Below, one piece after another: positions 18,834 through 28,228 of a DNA stretch of 64,000 nucleotides. Both the position numbers and the translations under genes were made by a program. Location: contig JBNKHE010000007.1 in assembly GCA_050290185.1 (NCBI GenBank), positions 1 through 64,000 on the forward strand, written 5' to 3'. The notes beneath the pieces are model-generated. The model ran no database searches, was not told the DNA's origin, and saw nothing but the letters and a program-made list of their open reading frames with translations. The stretch is from Pontiella sp. Lineage in GTDB: Bacteria > Verrucomicrobiota > Kiritimatiellia > Kiritimatiellales > Pontiellaceae. Every line of letters begins with the position of its first letter. Position 1 is the stretch's first letter.

Positions 18834-18883
18834 GCGCTTTTCAATAGCGTTTTGTTTTCAGCCTTGGACGATCTGGTGCGGGG

Positions 18884-19678
18884 ATGGAATTAAAAGGCAT
18901 GAGCAAGGGAACTTCCATGGCTAGATCGAAATACTCAAAGCGTCGTCGTATCATCCAGGGATTGAGCATGCTGGTTCTGGCAAGCATCCCGATGCGGTGG
19001 CTTTGTTTTGATTTAGAGAACGAGGTAATCCGGTGCTACGGCATGAAGTTTGGTCTGGCAACCATGTTTTATCCATTGTTCGCCATTGTCGGCCTGCTGC
19101 TTTTTGTCGTTTTCTTTTCCATGAAAAAGGGGCGGATCTTTTGCTCGCACATGTGTCCGATGCACCTGTTTCTCGAGGTCGTCAACAGCCCAACTACAAA
19201 GAAGTCGGAAGGTCGACCTGCCAAGGTTTGGTTATGGGCCATAGTTCTATCCGTCTTTTTGGTCGAGGTCATCCTTTCCTTTTTCCTGCCTCTTTCAAAA
19301 CAGGTGGAGATGGTAGCGAAAGTTAATTGGAGCTTAATCGGAATCGCGGTGGCAATTTTTGCCGGTTTCCTGGGTTTATTTGTTCATTATCAGGAACATT
19401 TCTGCAAAAGAGGCTGCCCCTACGCCTTGATCCAGATGCTACTGCAGTCGGAAAACACGCGCTACATGGATTTTTCCAATCCCGAAAAAAGCTGCACCAA
19501 CTGCCGGGGATGCGATGATATCTGCCCATTTAATCTCAGGGCCCGTTTTGAAAGCCGTGGCACCGATTGCAGCAACTGCAATCTATGTTCCGAGGCCTGC
19601 ACGACCGAACTCGGGGAAGGGAACACCCTCTTCCAGCTCGTCGATCCAGAACAGGAAGTGATTCCTCCGGCCGAATAG
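18884..19678 (+). CDS. ccoG: CcoG/RdxA/NapH-like membrane 4Fe-4S protein
   Basis: GRIFCSHMCP and FCKRGCPY motifs; CTNCRGCDDICP and CSNCNLCSEAC; located in the cbb3 cluster. Confidence 0.75.
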   Translation: MELKGMSKGTSMARSKYSKRRRIIQGLSMLVLASIPMRWLCFDLENEVIRCYGMKFGLATMFYPLFAIVGLLLFVVFFSMKKGRIFCSHMCPMHLFLEVVNSPTTKKSEGRPAKVWLWAIVLSVFLVEVILSFFLPLSKQVEMVAKVNWSLIGIAVAIFAGFLGLFVHYQEHFCKRGCPYALIQMLLQSENTRYMDFSNPEKSCTNCRGCDDICPFNLRARFESRGTDCSNCNLCSEACTTELGEGNTLFQLVDPEQEVIPPAE

Positions 19679-20069
19679 TATTGTGGCTTCTTGCAAATGC
19701 CGTCGGTCTTGTTATGAATACGACGAGTGGCCAAGAATGAATCGCTGGATGACCGGAATTAATCATTGGTCCATCATGCGCGTGAAGACTGCGGACGTTG
19801 TCAAAACGCGCAATTCCAACAGGCAGTAAGGGATTATATACTTAAGGGCTATTTGTAATGGATGCCATGTGCTGAAATTGTATCATGCAGAACATACACA
19901 ATAATTTATAGGCATATCGGTTTGGTGAGTATCCTGGACGTCCGTAATTAGTATAATTTGCTATATTTATTCGGCTTGTTTGTTTGATGGCGATTGAGCG
20001 TACGTGTAGTTGTTTTGTCCATTGTTTTTAAGGATTTATCTGCAGGATTGTTATAAGGAAGAGTGAGTT

Positions 20070-20981
20070 ATGAGGATATCTGGATTTATCATCATGTGTT
20101 GTATGGGGGGAGGGCTGGTCTCTAGCCAGTCCGTTGCCGACATGGTCACCTTTCCCGTCGTCGGGGAATATGATGGGTCGGCTGATGGGAATGTGGTCGA
20201 CCGGAACGCCGACTTCTATGAAGGCAATGCGTCGGGTGTTGGGGAAAATCCTTCTCTGATTATCAAAATCGACCCCTTCCGGGATGAAATTCTTAAGGCG
20301 TTCACCAACGGGTGCGGCGGTGTGGTCAGTTTTGATAACTCCCAGATCGAAGGGGGACATCAGACGGATTGCTTTGCTGCCGGTTTTGGCGATAAGAAGT
20401 CCCTGATCATCAAGAACGTGGATGATATCCGCACCGATTTCGTTGCGGCAAATATCTGTTTGCCTATCTCGGGCCCGGGTGAGGGAACCAATGGCGGTTT
20501 TCTGGCCAAATCCATCGTGGGTGAAGACAAGATAAAGATCGGAAGCTCGTTTAATTTCAGCTTCGAGGAGCAAGGTTTTGCTGAAAAGGAACATGTGATA
20601 GCCGTTGGAGGAACGATACTCGGTCGCAACGGATCGGCAGAAACTTCCAGATGGCTCATGAAAGTAACGTTGGACAATGGCGACATCATTGCCCAGATGG
20701 CAGAAATAAACTGTCGTTCGGGGAAATCCCGCGATGACACTTTTTTCGGAGCAAGAGCCCCCCAGGGCCGGTACATTACCGGTGTGATGTGGATCAACCT
20801 GAACGGTATCCATTCCGGTCTGGATAGCTTTGCCTTCATTACCAACGGCCGGCCGCCCAAACCTGCAACTAAAAGCACTACGCCTTCGAACGATTTTTTC
20901 GGGCTTGATACCGGGAATGGCGGGGGCGGCAGCGGTGATTCCGGAGGCTATACATCCCTGTTTGGCACCGAACGCCCCTAG
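20070..20981 (+). CDS. Hypothetical secreted protein
   Basis: 303-aa ORF with an N-terminal signal-like segment, a beta-rich body and a Gly/Ser/Thr tail. Confidence 0.7.
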   Translation: MRISGFIIMCCMGGGLVSSQSVADMVTFPVVGEYDGSADGNVVDRNADFYEGNASGVGENPSLIIKIDPFRDEILKAFTNGCGGVVSFDNSQIEGGHQTDCFAAGFGDKKSLIIKNVDDIRTDFVAANICLPISGPGEGTNGGFLAKSIVGEDKIKIGSSFNFSFEEQGFAEKEHVIAVGGTILGRNGSAETSRWLMKVTLDNGDIIAQMAEINCRSGKSRDDTFFGARAPQGRYITGVMWINLNGIHSGLDSFAFITNGRPPKPATKSTTPSNDFFGLDTGNGGGGSGDSGGYTSLFGTERP

Positions 20982-21122
20982 TTTTTAAACAGAACGCTTC
21001 CTGATTTTCTATGACTGGGGGAGTCAACTACCTACCCGGGTCCTGTTTGTCCTTTTTCATCCGTCAATAAATTCTCGCTGTCATTGAAATTCATGGAATT
21101 GGTGATAGTCTAGGCCGCAATT

Positions 21123-21794
21123 ATGAAGGAACTTATTGCCGCCATTGTTGCCGGGTCCATTTTCGGGTGGTTCGCCATACCACACTGCTATGCCATGTGC
21201 GGGCCGTTACATGTTTCCGTTTGCGCGTTGCATCGGGAACATAGCCTTAAGGCGCTGTCGCTATTCAATACGGGGCGCATTGTTGGCTATACCCTTGCGG
21301 GCATACTTTTTGGCGCATTCGGCGAATTCATCAATATCGGGCCGGCGCACTATTGTTGCCAGCTGGGCGATCATCCGCTGCGCGGTGCCATGCTGTCGTT
21401 GCTCTTCCCCGGTGTTATGATGTTTTTCATTGCCGGCTACGCCTTCCGCAAAAAAGGGTTGAAGGCGCCGAAGACCAGTTGGATGTCCCAATTCTTCAGC
21501 GGCGGACTGGGCAAGCTCACGGCTGGCGGGGTCTGCACATCGCTCATCCCCTGCGGTATGCTCTATGCCGCCTTCGCCCTTGCAGTCGGTTATGGCAGCT
21601 GGTGGATGGGCGGGGCGTTTATGCTGGCCTTCGTCGTGACCCAGACCTTTTTCATGCAACTGGGAATTTCTCTGGGCCGTCTGGTCGATAAGAAGTGGGG
21701 TGCGCGCTTTGAAAGGGCGTTTCCGTGGATCTGTCTGGCCATCGGGATATTCTACGTGGTCTTGTTTGTGCTTAAGCTGCAGCCCGTCGAATAA
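21123..21794 (+). CDS. DsbD_2 / TauE-SafE-like membrane protein (cbb3 copper-maturation accessory)
   Basis: HCYAMCGP, FNTGRIVGY, LIPCGMLY; multiple TM helices; overlaps the ccoI start. Confidence 0.85.
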   Translation: MKELIAAIVAGSIFGWFAIPHCYAMCGPLHVSVCALHREHSLKALSLFNTGRIVGYTLAGILFGAFGEFINIGPAHYCCQLGDHPLRGAMLSLLFPGVMMFFIAGYAFRKKGLKAPKTSWMSQFFSGGLGKLTAGGVCTSLIPCGMLYAAFALAVGYGSWWMGGAFMLAFVVTQTFFMQLGISLGRLVDKKWGARFERAFPWICLAIGIFYVVLFVLKLQPVE

Positions 21795-24094
21795 TGGCCA
21801 TCCATTGCATAGTCTGCAATCGTAGTGTTCCCGGCGGGGAAGGCGAGTTCTGTTGTCCGGGCTGCGCGGCGGTCTATACCATTGTCGGGAAAATGGGTCT
21901 GGACGGTGCCGAGCGCGACGAACGTATTGAACAACTGCTCGAAGGGGTATTCCCGGGGGGGGGAGATGTTGATTTCCATCCGGATGCGGAATCTGCCCAT
22001 GGACAGGAACTCTGCTTCCTGGTGGGGGGGATGGTGTGTCCGGCCTGCTCCTGGTTGGTGCACAACAGCTTAGGAAAGCTTCACGGTGTGGCCCGTGTAA
22101 ACCTCAACTTTATTGCTGAAACGTGCACGCTAACCTTTGATCCGATGAAAATAGGGAAGGACGACATTGCTGCGAATGTCGAAAAGCTGGGGTACAAGTA
22201 CTACGAAGGCGATGAGATCAGGAGCGATTCATTCAACTATTTCCGGTTTGGTGCCGGATGGTTTTTTGCGCTGAACAACATGATGCTGTCTTTCGTTGTG
22301 TATTCCGCCGAAAGCTGGGCTGTGCCGCTGGCTATGCGTTTGGTCTGTTCGCTGTTGCTGGCTTTATTCGGCACCTTGGTTCCGTTGTACGCCGCGCGGA
22401 CAACAATGGCCATGGGTTTCCGTCAGATTGCCGTTCGCCAGTTCCGCATGGAGAGCCTGGTGGCGATTTCCTCTTCTGCAGCTTGGATCTATTCCGTCTA
22501 TTCTCTGATCGTCGGTGATTTTGCGCGCCTCTATTTCGATGTAGTTGCCCTTTTGTTGATGCTCATCGAAACCGGAAATCTTATTTCCGGCAGTTTCTAC
22601 AAGAAGCTGAGCCGGCGGATCAGTTCGCTGTCATGGCAGCTTCCGAAGAAAGCCCGGGTTGATCAAGACGACTACATCAATGTCGATGAAATGGATCCCG
22701 GTTGCGCCTTCCAGGTTCTGCTTGGTGAAGTGGTTCCGACCGATGGGATTCTGCTGGGAACGGCCGAGTTTGATTTCAGTCTGATTACCGGCGAGTCGCA
22801 TGGCGTGGAGCTTGAACCGGGGCATTATGTCGGTGCCGGCGCAAAACTGCTATCCGATCATGCGCTGTTATCCGTTCCGGCAACCGGCCGGAGCAACCTG
22901 ATCAGGCGCATCGTCGAAAGTACAATCGAGGCATTCAACACACGAAAAAAGCAACTCTCCCTCGGGGACCGGATCAGCCAGGTTTTCGTTCCTTTTGTTC
23001 TTTTGGCCAGTGGGCTGGTGCTTCTCGTTAATCTTTTTTCGGGCTCCAGAAACGATGCGATCATACGGATGCTCAGTGTGCTGATTGTTGCCTGCCCGTG
23101 CGCTTTTGGAATTGCCGAGCCGCTGGTGCTGACGGCAGCCATCGAGAAGGTGCGCAAGCTGGGCATTCAGATCTTCAATGGGGCGGTTCTTTCCCTAAAG
23201 CCCACCGTCGCCGTTTTTGATAAGACCGGGACGTTGACGCGTGGTGCGCCGGCGGTGCATGAGGTGGTTTGGCTGGGCAATGAAGATCCGGGAATGCTCA
23301 ATATCCTCGCTTCGCTGGAGAACGGCATCGAGCATCCCATTGCGCGTGCCTTGACGGCGGTCGGGACGCCGCAGCCGGTCACCGACCGGACGATCTCCCG
23401 GACGGTGGTTTCGGCTAACGTGGACGGCAGACACTATTGGGCAGGCAATGCCGACTTGTATCCGGATATTGCCATTCCTCCGGCACTGCACGAGTCAACG
23501 CTGGTTTTGTTTGGTGATGCCGACGGTTGCATCATGATCGTTGGTTTACGTGATACCGTGCGGGATGATGCGGCCCGGTTGATCACCGACCTGAACGGCT
23601 GTGGAGTTGAATCATTTGTGTTTTCGGGGGATCGGCAGCCGGTCGTGGAACAGGTTGCAACGGAACTGGGCATTGCCCATTACCGTGGAGAAATGGGCAG
23701 CGCCGACAAGCAACAGGAAATCGAAAAACTGCGAGAGCAGGGAATGACTGTAATGATGGTCGGTGACGGGATCAATGATGCCCAGGCTCTCGCAACGGCT
23801 GATCTCGGGCTGGCGGTCTTTTCCGGCCAGATCCCTGCCAAAATGAGTGCCGACGGCGTTTTCATGGTTCCGGAGATCGGGCGATTAAGCGACCTGCCTT
23901 TATTGCAGGGCAAGGTGCGACGCAAAATTCGGATGAACTACGGCTGGGCCTTCCTGTACAACATCACAGGAATGGGCCTGGCCGGTATGGGGTTGATCTC
24001 GCCGATCTACTGTGCGGTTGGCATGGTTTTTTCCAACCTGGTGGTCATCTTTAACTCGATGTATGGTATGCAGCTTGCGCCACATAACGATTAG
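21794..24094 (+). CDS. ccoI: Heavy-metal (Cu) P1B-type ATPase, CcoI/FixI type
   Basis: N-terminal CxxC...FCCPGC, HMA-like CPAC, TGES, CPC, DKTGT, EHP, GDGIND, YN in the late TM segment. Confidence 0.9.
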   Translation: MAIHCIVCNRSVPGGEGEFCCPGCAAVYTIVGKMGLDGAERDERIEQLLEGVFPGGGDVDFHPDAESAHGQELCFLVGGMVCPACSWLVHNSLGKLHGVARVNLNFIAETCTLTFDPMKIGKDDIAANVEKLGYKYYEGDEIRSDSFNYFRFGAGWFFALNNMMLSFVVYSAESWAVPLAMRLVCSLLLALFGTLVPLYAARTTMAMGFRQIAVRQFRMESLVAISSSAAWIYSVYSLIVGDFARLYFDVVALLLMLIETGNLISGSFYKKLSRRISSLSWQLPKKARVDQDDYINVDEMDPGCAFQVLLGEVVPTDGILLGTAEFDFSLITGESHGVELEPGHYVGAGAKLLSDHALLSVPATGRSNLIRRIVESTIEAFNTRKKQLSLGDRISQVFVPFVLLASGLVLLVNLFSGSRNDAIIRMLSVLIVACPCAFGIAEPLVLTAAIEKVRKLGIQIFNGAVLSLKPTVAVFDKTGTLTRGAPAVHEVVWLGNEDPGMLNILASLENGIEHPIARALTAVGTPQPVTDRTISRTVVSANVDGRHYWAGNADLYPDIAIPPALHESTLVLFGDADGCIMIVGLRDTVRDDAARLITDLNGCGVESFVFSGDRQPVVEQVATELGIAHYRGEMGSADKQQEIEKLREQGMTVMMVGDGINDAQALATADLGLAVFSGQIPAKMSADGVFMVPEIGRLSDLPLLQGKVRRKIRMNYGWAFLYNITGMGLAGMGLISPIYCAVGMVFSNLVVIFNSMYGMQLAPHND

Positions 24095-24894
24095 TCGTCA
24101 AAGAGGAAGTCCTTGTAGAGCTTATAGCGGACAGTCAGGTCCCGGATCTTCATTTCCAAGGCTTGGGCACGTTGATCCTGAGCAGTTTGGTATTGTGAAA
24201 GCCAGGCAATGAACATTCTCTGTATATCTGCGGGGAGAAACTGTCCCTCTTCCTTGAACCAACTCAAGGCTTCATACGCAAAGATTCCTTTGGTGTATTC
24301 ATGGGTATAGCAGTCGGCTTCATAAGTGAAATACGATTTGCCACCGAAAAACACACTGCTCGAGACGTCGTTGTTTGATTGGTCTTTTTCAGCGATTTCT
24401 CCTGCGCCAGATGCTCTGGCAAAGGCTTTCCGAAAGAGGGCTTCATCCTCATAAAAGGATGTAGTGCTCAGGTTGGATATCATGCGTCTGTAGATGTCCT
24501 GAATCTTTGCCTTGACGTCGGCAGGAACGGTTTGACCTCCTACCATGCGCTGTTTTGCATATCCACGGACGATTTGTTCATAGGAGGGAAAAACATTGCC
24601 GACAAAAATTCCGCTGGATTCTTCAAGTTCATCAATCCAAACCAGTTGTCCCTCAAGAATATCCTTGGCCAATTGCAGGGAGGAGGATCCTGAAAGCAAT
24701 ACCTTGGACCGGTCCATTCGGATGTCTTCGATGTTTTCTAGGTTTCTGATACGGATCTTGATGGTATTGGCCGATTCGTTGGGACGATAGGCAACAATCT
24801 GGTTGTAGCTGATCACGGAATCCACTTGAAACCACTCCGCATAGGTGGTGAGGCAGAGGGCGAACGAACAGAGCAATATGGAGAATTGTTTCAT
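24091..24894 (-). CDS. Hypothetical secreted protein
   Basis: 267-aa ORF with signal peptide MKQFSILLCSFALCLTTYA and an AGGA RBS. Confidence 0.75.
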   Translation of the reverse strand: MKQFSILLCSFALCLTTYAEWFQVDSVISYNQIVAYRPNESANTIKIRIRNLENIEDIRMDRSKVLLSGSSSLQLAKDILEGQLVWIDELEESSGIFVGNVFPSYEQIVRGYAKQRMVGGQTVPADVKAKIQDIYRRMISNLSTTSFYEDEALFRKAFARASGAGEIAEKDQSNNDVSSSVFFGGKSYFTYEADCYTHEYTKGIFAYEALSWFKEEGQFLPADIQRMFIAWLSQYQTAQDQRAQALEMKIRDLTVRYKLYKDFLFDD

Positions 24895-25122
24895 GATGTG
24901 TCCTTTGGGTAAGTGTAAAAAATAAAGAACCTTTGTAGTTCAGGCACGTTGTCAAAGTCAAAGATATCTTGGATAGGAATTCAATGTGCGTGGTTTTGGG
25001 CGATCACGCGCCGTGGAGATTGCTTGATATACCCGTGCAGAGCGCAAGTCGGCTGTTTTTCCTTTAACCCGGTCGTTTGCTTGCCTATATTCCAAATCAA
25101 CTAACTTCTCTGGATTACCACT

Positions 25123-25443
25123 ATGGAACGGAACGAAAACAACATGATCCAAAAACCTTTGGGAACTGCGTTGGCCATTGCTGCGGGTTTTTCCTTTTAC
25201 ATCCTGTGCATGATTCTTCCCATGGTGGGGCCGACGGGAAGCCGGGTTGCCCATGCTGCGCAAAACAAGGCGACTTTTCTCTCCGTGCTGGTGCTGACGC
25301 TGGCGCTGGCTGGTGCTTCGGCCTACGTTTCACTGCAACGTCGAAAGACGGAGGGCGGGTCGTTACCATTTTTTCCGCTCGGACTGTGCATTGTTTGTCT
25401 GCTTTTCTTTGTCATTGTTTTAGCCAATGGTTTTGCTATCTGA
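25123..25443 (+). CDS. Hypothetical three-TM membrane protein
   Basis: 106 aa with three hydrophobic helices. Confidence 0.65.
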   Translation: MERNENNMIQKPLGTALAIAAGFSFYILCMILPMVGPTGSRVAHAAQNKATFLSVLVLTLALAGASAYVSLQRRKTEGGSLPFFPLGLCIVCLLFFVIVLANGFAI

Positions 25444-25455
25444 TGCCAGCAGACG

Positions 25456-26136
25456 ATGGTTTTACTCCGTAAAGCCCTGAAGTCGCGCCCGCCAAAACGG
25501 TATGCCTGCAGTTTTTTAGTTGCGATTCTATTTGCGAGGTGTTGCTTTGCTCAACCTATGAAAACCACTCGGTATGCATTGTCTGATTCCGGTGATCGCA
25601 TCACCCTGTTGAATCCGCATAGCTGGAAGACGGATGACGTCGATGGGCGCAAATGCCTCATCCTGGCCGTGCCTGGGCCGCAGCGCCCGCCGGTGCGGCG
25701 TCCGGGGGAATATGCACTGCTGAAGACGGCGGAAGCCCTAAAGGATTATGCGCTGGTGGTGGAGGCGCAGTCGCTCGAGCCCGTTTCCCTCGTCGGTCGC
25801 GATGTCTGCATCCTGTTTGGCTACCGAGATGACACGCATTTCTACTACGCGCACATTTCGAACGATTCCAACGGAGAAACCCATAACATTGTCATGAAGG
25901 TGGAGGGCGATTCCCGCCGACGGATCAATATTGAAGATCGGCCGGAGCCCCGTATGACCGAGGGCTGGCATACGATCAAGGTCCGGCATATGGCGTCCGG
26001 CGATATTACGGTTTGGGTCGATGATATGGAATCGCCGCTCATGACCGCGCACGACATGGATTATCCTTCCGGCTCCATCGGTTTCGGCGCCTTCGATGAT
26101 CGCGCTGCCTTTGCATCGGTGGAGATTCGTTTGTAG
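25456..26136 (+). CDS. Secreted concanavalin-like/DUF1080-like beta-sandwich protein
   Basis: Signal-like segment; ILFGYRDDTHFYY, WHTIKV, GSIGFGAFDD pattern. Start is uncertain. Confidence 0.7.
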   Translation: MVLLRKALKSRPPKRYACSFLVAILFARCCFAQPMKTTRYALSDSGDRITLLNPHSWKTDDVDGRKCLILAVPGPQRPPVRRPGEYALLKTAEALKDYALVVEAQSLEPVSLVGRDVCILFGYRDDTHFYYAHISNDSNGETHNIVMKVEGDSRRRINIEDRPEPRMTEGWHTIKVRHMASGDITVWVDDMESPLMTAHDMDYPSGSIGFGAFDDRAAFASVEIRL

Positions 26137-26143
26137 ATCGGGG

Positions 26144-26173
26144 CCGTGACCCCGCCGTCGGCCGAGGTCACGG
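26144..26173. terminator. Hairpin between convergent genes
   Basis: CCGTGACC...GGTCACGG inverted repeat. Confidence 0.4.
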
Positions 26174-26180
26174 ATCTCGT

Positions 26181-26591
26181 CTACACATCTTGCGGGCCGA
26201 CCCGGAAGAGGGGATTGTGCGCCACTTCCCAGAGATATCCGTCGGGATCCTTGAAATAGCCGGAGTAGCCCCCCCAGAAGACCTTCTGCGGTTGTTTCAC
26301 CAGTGTCGCGCCGGCGGCGACTGATTGTTGAATCACTTCGTCCACTTCCTGTTCCGAGCCGACATTGTGGGCGAGCGTAAAGCCCGAGAAACCGCTGCCC
26401 TCGGCGGAGATTTGTGCATCTTCGGCCAGCGCTTCGCGTCCGTAGAGCCCCAACCAGGTTCCATTGAGCGTAAAGAAGGCCACAGACGGCGGCGATTCCA
26501 TCCGAGGGAAACCCAGTCCGTTTTCGTAAAATTCAATCGATGCCTCAAGATCGCGGACCCCGAGTGTAATCATGCTGATTCGTGGTTTCAT
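26181..26591 (-). CDS. VOC/glyoxalase family protein
   Basis: MKPRISMITLGVRDL..S.EFY..GLG, FWGGYSGYFKDPDGYLWEVA. Confidence 0.92.
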   Translation of the reverse strand: MKPRISMITLGVRDLEASIEFYENGLGFPRMESPPSVAFFTLNGTWLGLYGREALAEDAQISAEGSGFSGFTLAHNVGSEQEVDEVIQQSVAAGATLVKQPQKVFWGGYSGYFKDPDGYLWEVAHNPLFRVGPQDV

Positions 26592-26634
26592 GAGATGCAT
26601 CCTTTCGATGCGCACAGGGCGCAGTCTCCGCTCG

Positions 26635-27165
26635 TTATTTGCCTTCCCCGGTTTCGAAGTTCCATCCGGTTTCTTCGGAGAGGATGGCGTAGTCGACGGT
26701 GATGGTCTTTCCGCCGCCGAGATTGTGTGCCAACGCCCGAATTGTTCGGATGGGACCCCATGGCAATCCCCACCAGCCGAGCAACAGGGTCCAGACTGTG
26801 GCAAATAGCCCGGCCCAGATTCCCTTGCGGATTTCCAAACCCAACTCGTTTTCGCTGGTTAAAAATACGACCGAGGTCACAATCTTGAAGCTTCGCAGTT
26901 TGGTCTTTTTCGAAATGGCTTTGTCGAATACGGGGGAGTTCCTGAAGAACTGCTCATCGCTGGTAATCTGATCTTTGTTTTCCAGCAGCCATTCAATCGT
27001 CTGCCGACTACGGGAGTGGCTGACCTGGATCCAGAAAAACATAAAAATTCCCATTCCGCTGAGCAACAGGCAGGTTGAGGCTTCGGTCCAGTCTACCTGA
27101 CCGTTCGTCAGGTTCTCGATAAAGCCCCATCCAAACAAAGCGGCCAATACCAGATAGATATACAT
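26635..27165 (-). CDS. Hypothetical membrane protein
   Basis: 176 aa with TM helices and the motif LLGWWGLPWGPIRT; AGGAG RBS. Confidence 0.75.
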   Translation of the reverse strand: MYIYLVLAALFGWGFIENLTNGQVDWTEASTCLLLSGMGIFMFFWIQVSHSRSRQTIEWLLENKDQITSDEQFFRNSPVFDKAISKKTKLRSFKIVTSVVFLTSENELGLEIRKGIWAGLFATVWTLLLGWWGLPWGPIRTIRALAHNLGGGKTITVDYAILSEETGWNFETGEGK

Positions 27166-27201
27166 GGTTGCTCCTTTATGCGGGCCGCCTGAAAAGCGGG
27201 G

Positions 27202-28137
27202 CTACAAACTTTTGACCAGGACATCGCGGATGGCGGCGATGTCGTCCTCAATCTGTACCTTTAGCTGATCGGCGTTTTCGAAGACCTCGTCGCCGCGAAT
27301 GAATTCAAGGTAGCTGACTTCGACCTGCAGGCCGTAGAGATCGATTTCGTGCTCATCCAGCAAGTAGACTTCGAGCACCTGCGGCTCGTTCTGGTGAAAG
27401 GTACCGCGATGGCCAATGTAGGCGGCCGCGTTGTGCTGGCGGTTGCCAACGCGGAGCCGGGCGGCATAGATTCCGCGCGGGGGAAGCATGTCGTTTTCGG
27501 GATCGATATTGGCTGTGGGGTAGCCGAGTCCGCGCCCGATTTTTTTGCCGTGTACGACGGTCCCGATTGTACTGACAGAACGCCCGAGCATACCGATGGC
27601 GTCGTCCATATGGCCTAGTTTGATGGCTTCGCGGATGCGGGTGCTGGAGACCCGTTCATCCTTCCAGCAGACGGCGGGATGAGCCGAGAAATACATCTTG
27701 CGCTCGGCGCACAGTTTGGTGAGCAGCTCCGCATTGCCGGAGCGGTTGCGCCCGAACGACCAGTCTTCGCCGACGGAAATGCCGGCCAGCTCGGGGATGC
27801 AGTTGCAGAGATGGTCGAAAAACGAGACCGGTTCCTGTTTCATGAAATCGATCGTGAAAGGCTGGAGGATGCATCCATCTACGCCCATCTCCTGAAGATG
27901 GCGCGACTGTTGGCTGGTGGTGAATATAAGCGGCGGGGCATGGTCGGCGCTGAGCACCTTGGCGGGGTGGGGGTCGAAGGTGAACACCCATGCTTCGCCG
28001 CCAATAGCGCGGGCCCGCTCGATGGCGACCTTGATCACGGCGGTATGACCAATGTGCAGGCCGTCGAAACAACCCGCTGCGAGGATTACAGGAGTTTTGT
28101 TGTCGCTGAATTCTTCGAGTGAATGGATGATTTTCAT
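27202..28137 (-). CDS. ribF: Bifunctional riboflavin kinase/FAD synthetase
   Basis: GCFDGLHIGH, TFDPHP, VSSTRIR, GRGLGYPTAN, LEVY, FIRG. Confidence 0.96.
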   Translation of the reverse strand: MKIIHSLEEFSDNKTPVILAAGCFDGLHIGHTAVIKVAIERARAIGGEAWVFTFDPHPAKVLSADHAPPLIFTTSQQSRHLQEMGVDGCILQPFTIDFMKQEPVSFFDHLCNCIPELAGISVGEDWSFGRNRSGNAELLTKLCAERKMYFSAHPAVCWKDERVSSTRIREAIKLGHMDDAIGMLGRSVSTIGTVVHGKKIGRGLGYPTANIDPENDMLPPRGIYAARLRVGNRQHNAAAYIGHRGTFHQNEPQVLEVYLLDEHEIDLYGLQVEVSYLEFIRGDEVFENADQLKVQIEDDIAAIRDVLVKSL

Positions 28138-28144
28138 GATGAGC

Positions 28145-28216
28145 TACTGCTTATTGTGTACTGCGTATTGAATTCCGGTGGCCAGAGCATATCGAGTCAT
28201 ACGCAGTAAGTAATAC
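28145..28216. repeat. Degenerate heptamer repeat array with inverted copy
   Basis: TACTGCT-TATTGTG-TACTGCG-TATTGAA; perfect inverted pair TACTGCGTAT (28159-28168) / ATACGCAGTA (28199-28208). Confidence 0.55.
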
Positions 28217-28228
28217 GGTTTCCCATGT

